DNA from: Camelus ferus
Lineage: Eukaryota
Direction: 5' to 3'
Assembly (NCBI RefSeq): GCF_009834535.1
Contig: NC_045698.1
Coordinates: 4,590,001 to 4,654,000, forward strand
DNA: 64,000 bases
Below, in pieces: positions 59,520 to 64,000 of the stretch. A model generated the notes under the pieces. It was not told the origin of the DNA, did no database searches, and saw nothing but the letters and a program-made list of their open reading frames with translations. How positions within the stretch are numbered: position 1 is the stretch's first letter; every line of letters begins with the position of its first letter. A program made the translations under genes and the position numbers.

Positions 59520-59625
59520 CAGGCGGACTGTGCTCAGGAGGCCCAGTGCCTCCATTGAAAACATAAATAAATAAACCTAATTACCCCCTCCAATCTGCCC
59601 ACAAATAAAGGGGCAAAAAGAAATT
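59520..59625 (+). mobile_element. vic-1-like SINE, truncated or internally deleted
   Basis: ccagtgcctccattgaaaacataaataaataaacctaattaccccc. Confidence 0.65.
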
Positions 59626-59719
59626 CTCAGGCGTCCAGAAGGGGCAGCTGCAAAGGCACTGTGACCTCTAGACCCGTGGCCCTCAGTTGGGTCAGTTTCA
59701 GGGGTTAGTTGGCAGTGAC

Positions 59720-59885
59720 AGGAGAGAGTTTTTTTGCTTGTCAAGAACAGGGCAACCCCACTGCTGCCATCTCAACTGGAGGATGGAGACCAGGGATGCA
59801 GCCAATGTCTTGCAGTGCACAGGACAGCCCCCCAACACAGAACCCTCGGCCCCAAACCACAGTAGTGCGGCCGCTGAGAAGCGTG
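59720..59885. mobile_element. MER20-like hAT element
   Basis: gaccagggatgcagccaatgtcttgcagtgcacaggacagccccccaaca...gtagtgcggccgctgagaa. Confidence 0.7.
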
Positions 59886-60851
59886 GCTTGCTCTTGAGTT
59901 CTTTCCTGCTGGAAGCCAGGGGCCCTCACGTGGTGGATCCCAGGGATTCGACCGAGACCTGGGGCACAGCCGTCCTCTCGCCCCACGTTCCTGTAACACG
60001 GGGGCCTGTGGATCATGTTAACAATGTCAGCCAGGCTTGTCTAGAGACACTCGGTGGCTGTTCTCACCTTGGCTACATGCCAGTTGCTTCCGGTCTTAAA
60101 AAAATCAAAGAGAGTTACAAAAACATTCCATGTGCAGCATAAATTATGGATGATTATTCAAATTTCTGCTTCTGAATGGAAAATAGCGCCTATAAAACTC
60201 TGAAAAGGAGAGGCTGAGTAATGAGACAGATGCTTTGGAACAATCTGGAAAGTAAGTAATCGTGGCAGCCGCCGGCTGCCCTGGAGTGATAAGTAGTGGC
60301 GAGGGCGAAGGTCCCCTCTGGGTCAAACAGTCCTGCCTCCCTCCGCCCCCCACAGCCCCGGGTGCGTCCCATCCCGTGTGCTCACCTGGGCTGGAGACGG
60401 GACACCTGCTGCTGAAGGTGTCTCTTCCTTCTGCCCGGGGCCCCACCTGCTACAATCTCCTGCTGCAATCAGACCCCCGACCCAACACCCCAACCCTTAC
60501 TCAACCGAAGATGCAGGGCTTAGTTTTCAAAAGGGCTGTGACTGAGTGGCTGTGTTGGTGGTCTGAGGGTGATGGGGACCAGGCATCCTGGGTGGAGATT
60601 TTGACAGTTGCCGCCACTGAGTGGGCGGTACCCCACAGCCTCCACGTCCCAAGAGCATCACCTCAGAGGAACATCCCTTTGGAGACGTCTCGGAGGATGG
60701 GAGGTCCTTACAATGTATTTTCTCAGAGTGTTTGGGGTAAGGCTGAGTTTAAACATGTAACTTTTCAGTAACCATTATTTGCTACAATAGATTATGATTA
60801 TGATTAAAATGTGATTAACTTAGTTTCCCAGTAGAAACCATTTTTGAAAGC

Positions 60852-61170
60852 CTTTTTATTTTGAAATAATTATAAGGTCACAGGAAGTTGCAGAAATAAT
60901 ACAGAAGAGTCCCCTACACTTTTACTCTGTTTCCCCAATGGTCACGTTTTCTTTTTTGCTTTTTTTTTTGTAACGGAGGTACCAGGGATTGAACCCAGGA
61001 CCTCGTGTTTGCTAAGCATGCCCTCCCCACCCACCAAGGTCACATTTTACATAGTCGTAGTTCAGTGTCAAAATCAGGAAACTGACATTGGTAAAAAATA
61101 CATAAAACTTTATATATACAGAACTTCATACTGTTTCATGACTTGTAAATTTGTACACATTTTTATGTGA
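60852..61170 (-). mobile_element. L1MC-like 3' end hosting a SINE
   Basis: ttttattttgaaataattataaggtcacaggaagttgcagaaataatacaga...caaaatcaggaaactgacattggta. Confidence 0.65.
60951..61030 (-). mobile_element. vic-1-like SINE lacking the A-box segment, with TSD
   Basis: Reverse complement ggggagggcatgcttagcaaacacgaggtcctgggttcaatccctggtacctcc plus A tail; TSD ggtcacgtttt (60940-60950) / ggtcacatttt (61038-61048). Confidence 0.75.
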
Positions 61171-61171
61171 C

Positions 61172-61395
61172 TAGGGGTCTGCTGAGTATGGCCTGAGGGT
61201 TAGACCCAGACAGCTTCTGATTTTTGTAAATAAGGTCTAACTAGAGCACAACCACGTTTTTTTGTTTGTGTGTTGTCCTTGGATGCTTTTGCGTATGATG
61301 GCAGAATTGAGCAGTTGTGACAGAGGCCACAGGGCTTGCAAAGCCTCAAATGTTTATTATCTGACTCTTTATAGAAAAAGTTTGCTAACTCCTGA
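61172..61395. mobile_element. MER58A-like hAT element
   Basis: tttttgtaaataag...tggcagaattgagcagttgtgacagag...aaagcctcaaatgtttattatctgactctttatagaaaaagtttgctaactcctg. Confidence 0.8.
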
Positions 61396-61711
61396 TTTAG
61401 AGAGTCACTGGATTTTTTGAAAATCTAAAAACAAACATGGAGCTCCTATTTTCCAGCCCTTCCTTTTATAGAGAAGGAAACTAAGGCTCCTGATGAAATA
61501 CCTGCCTGGGGGCACACCTCTGGCCGCCCTGCTCTCCTGTCCCCAGTGGGCCCATCAGCGGGCTCTGGACCAGCACCCTGGATTTTACTGGTTGGGCTAC
61601 TTAAGAGTAAGACAGTTGGGTAAAGTAATTTTACATTCTCATCACAAATTCTTTTTTTCCCCTAAATTTCTTTTGCTACTTGAATTTCATTGGACAAAGT
61701 TTACTTATTTC

Positions 61712-62187
61712 CTTTTTTTAAAAAAATTTTTGATTTATAATGCTGTATTAGTTTCTGGTGCACAGCATAGTGATTCAGTTATATATTATATCTATACATA
61801 GATATATATTGTTTTTCCTATTCTTTTTCATTATAGGTTACTACAAGTCATTGAATATATTTCCCTGTGTATGCAGTAAACTTGTTGTTTATTTATTCTG
61901 TACATAGTAGTTTGTATCAGCCAATCCCAAAGTTCCAGTTTAGCCCTCCCTCTCCTGACCCCCGTAGCCATAAGCGTGTTTTCTATGTCTCTGAGGCTCT
62001 TTCTGTTTTGTGAATAAGTTGAGTTGCATCATTCTTTTAGATTCCACATGTAAGTGACATCATATGATATTTGTCTTTCTCTGACTTACTTCACTTGGTG
62101 TGATCGTCTCCAGGTCCACCCATGTTGCTGCAAATGGCATTATTTTGTTCCTTTTTAGAGCTGAGTAGTGTTCCTTTATATATATAC
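61712..62187 (-). mobile_element. 5'-truncated artiodactyl-type L1 3' end with TSD
   Basis: Same family as 2919-3167; ttagattccacatgtaagtga...catgttgctgcaaatggcattatt; TSD acttatttc at 61703-61711 and 62188-62196. Confidence 0.85.
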
Positions 62188-62511
62188 ACTTATTTCTTCA
62201 TTTTACTGAAAGAAATGGTGTCACAATGTAAAAAATCGTGAAATGAATCCCCAGACAAGAGCGCAGACTCAATGCCCTCAGGCTGCTAATGCACATAGGG
62301 AAGCAGGCACCTTGCTGGGAGGCTACAGGGAAGAGTAGGGACTGTGACCAAGGGGGAGTGGGATGCATGCTGGGGTCCAGGGGCAGCGGCCACCCATCTC
62401 TACCTCATGGTTGAATGCAAGGCAAGAATGACCAGACTTTCCATTTTTTAAGGACAGCCTGAAATCTGGAACTTAATGTGACATTTTCTGATGTTTACAT
62501 ACTAGCAACTA

Positions 62512-62983
62512 GAGGCATACTTCGATTCACTTTATGTGTAGAAACTTTATGGATTTTTTTATGAACTGAAGGTTTGTGGCAACCCTGCATTGAGCAAGCC
62601 TATTGGTGCCATTTTTCCAATGGCACTTTTTAAAAGTTTTTTTCAGCTTCACTGAGGTATAATTGACAAATAAAAATTGTATGTATTTAAGATTTACAAC
62701 TTGATCTTTGGATATGTGCACACATGGCGAAATGATCACCACAATCAAGCTAATTAACACATCTATCACCTCGGTTATCATGTTAATAGCATTATTTTCA
62801 GGTAAGGTATGTACTTTTTTAAAGACGTAGTACTATTGCACAATTAGTAGACTACAGTATGGTATAACCGTAACTTATATATTCACTGGGAAACAAAAAA
62901 AATCCTGCGACTCACCTTATTGCCAAATTCACTTTATCTCAGGGGTCTGGAATGGAGCATGCAATGTCTCTGAGGTCTGCCTG
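62512..62983. mobile_element. Internally deleted Tigger1-like element with a nested L1MA 3' end (~62630-62780, minus)
   Basis: TA-gaggcatac...tgaaggtttgtggcaaccctgcattgagcaag; end tctctgaggtctgcctg-TA; insert tgaggtataattgacaaataaaaattgt...aatcaagctaattaacacatc. Confidence 0.75.
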
Positions 62984-63443
62984 TAATTAAAACATTTGTG
63001 GCCCCTTGGCCAGCCAAACAAAGCAGGTTAGCAGATGAGAGTTGGCCCCAGGCTTACAACTGACCATGTTTGTTCTGGGGTTATCATGAGGAATCTTAGA
63101 AAAGCCGGTGACTCAGTGGGTTGCAGGTGAGAAAATGAGATGGTTAAGATAGTCCATCACCAGCCCTGGCGATGTGAGTTCAGTCCCTGGTGGACGGATG
63201 GCAAGTCCGTGCATCACCCTCACAGGTGAATCTTGAACCACCGTCACAACGTGACACGCAGCCATTTACCAGCGGAGGCTCTCCCAAGGAAGCCCATGAG
63301 TCAGGCTCTCCCGGCCTCTCCCGGAGGGACCCCTGCTGGTGGTGGAACAGGCATTGCCTAAAGAAAGGTGATTGCCTGAATACGAGCCAGCCCTCACTAG
63401 ACACGAGCGCTTTCGTCTCCTCCCAGTGGGTCTGATCAACACG

Positions 63444-63641
63444 CACCAGTCGCTTTCACCGGGGATGACTTTCCCTCCCAGGGACGTTTGGCGATGTCTG
63501 GAGATGTTTTTGGTTGTCACCACAGGGGGGCTGCTCCCGGCATCTCGTGGGTGGAAGCCGGCGATGCTGTGCACACCCCACAGTGTGCGGGACAGACCTT
63601 CACACAGAGAGTCCCAGCGGTGCCCAGGATGAGGAGCCCTG
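63444..63641. mobile_element. MER20-like hAT element
   Basis: cccagggacgtttggcgatgtctggagatgtttttggttgtcac...ggcatctcgtgggtggaagccggcgatgctg. Confidence 0.8.
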
Positions 63642-64000
63642 ATCCAGGGCGATGACCGAGACACCCTCAGTCACAGAGCCGGGCGTGGAAGTGACACGTT
63701 GGTCAGCATTCAATTCGGAAAGCGCAGGGACACTGAGAGTGGTTGACGGGCTCCAGAGCGTCAGCCCAACTCACTAGTTCTCAGCCTCCTTTGAGACACA
63801 GTGTTGGCCCTGATGTGTTCCCAGTCTATCAGGCAAGTTGGGACAGCTGATCACCCTGGTGCCCAGGGGCTCGCACCCCTGGGCGGTGGGAGGCGGCCAC
63901 ACAGAGGAGGGAGAACCACACTGCTGGGGTCGCGGGCATTGGCTTCGTGAGCAGTTTTGGAATTTTAATTCATTAATTTAATTTAGTAAAGATGTCCACT

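Overview
Mammalian genomic DNA, very probably from a camelid (three copies of a tRNA-derived SINE resembling camelid vic-1). It contains one complete protein-coding gene on the + strand: TENT4A (PAPD7/POLS), a TRF4-family non-canonical poly(A)/mixed-tailing nucleotidyltransferase. The gene has a CpG-island promoter (~6.3-8.35 kb), 13 coding exons from ATG 7466 with GT-AG introns and consistent phases, a 23-kb first intron and a poly(A) signal at 48981. The main anomaly is one extra base in the last exon (46957-46960, CCCT). It moves the conserved ending ...DSLPVSLSR* (TAA 46976-46978) out of frame and gives a 46-aa novel tail ending at 47100, i.e. 830 aa rather than 789 aa; this is either a real frameshift or an assembly error. 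Other points of interest are a uORF and a G-quadruplex/hairpin before two weak-context ATGs, two NAGNAG acceptors, a perfect intronic hairpin with a CNGG(N)3 loop, a doubled TACTAAC, and a candidate recursive splice site. The flanks are mostly old repeats (L1, L2, MLT1, MER, Tigger), some nested or inverted. I found no second gene and no convincing new multi-component system. Comparisons with human TENT4A and repeat family names come from memory, not from a database search.
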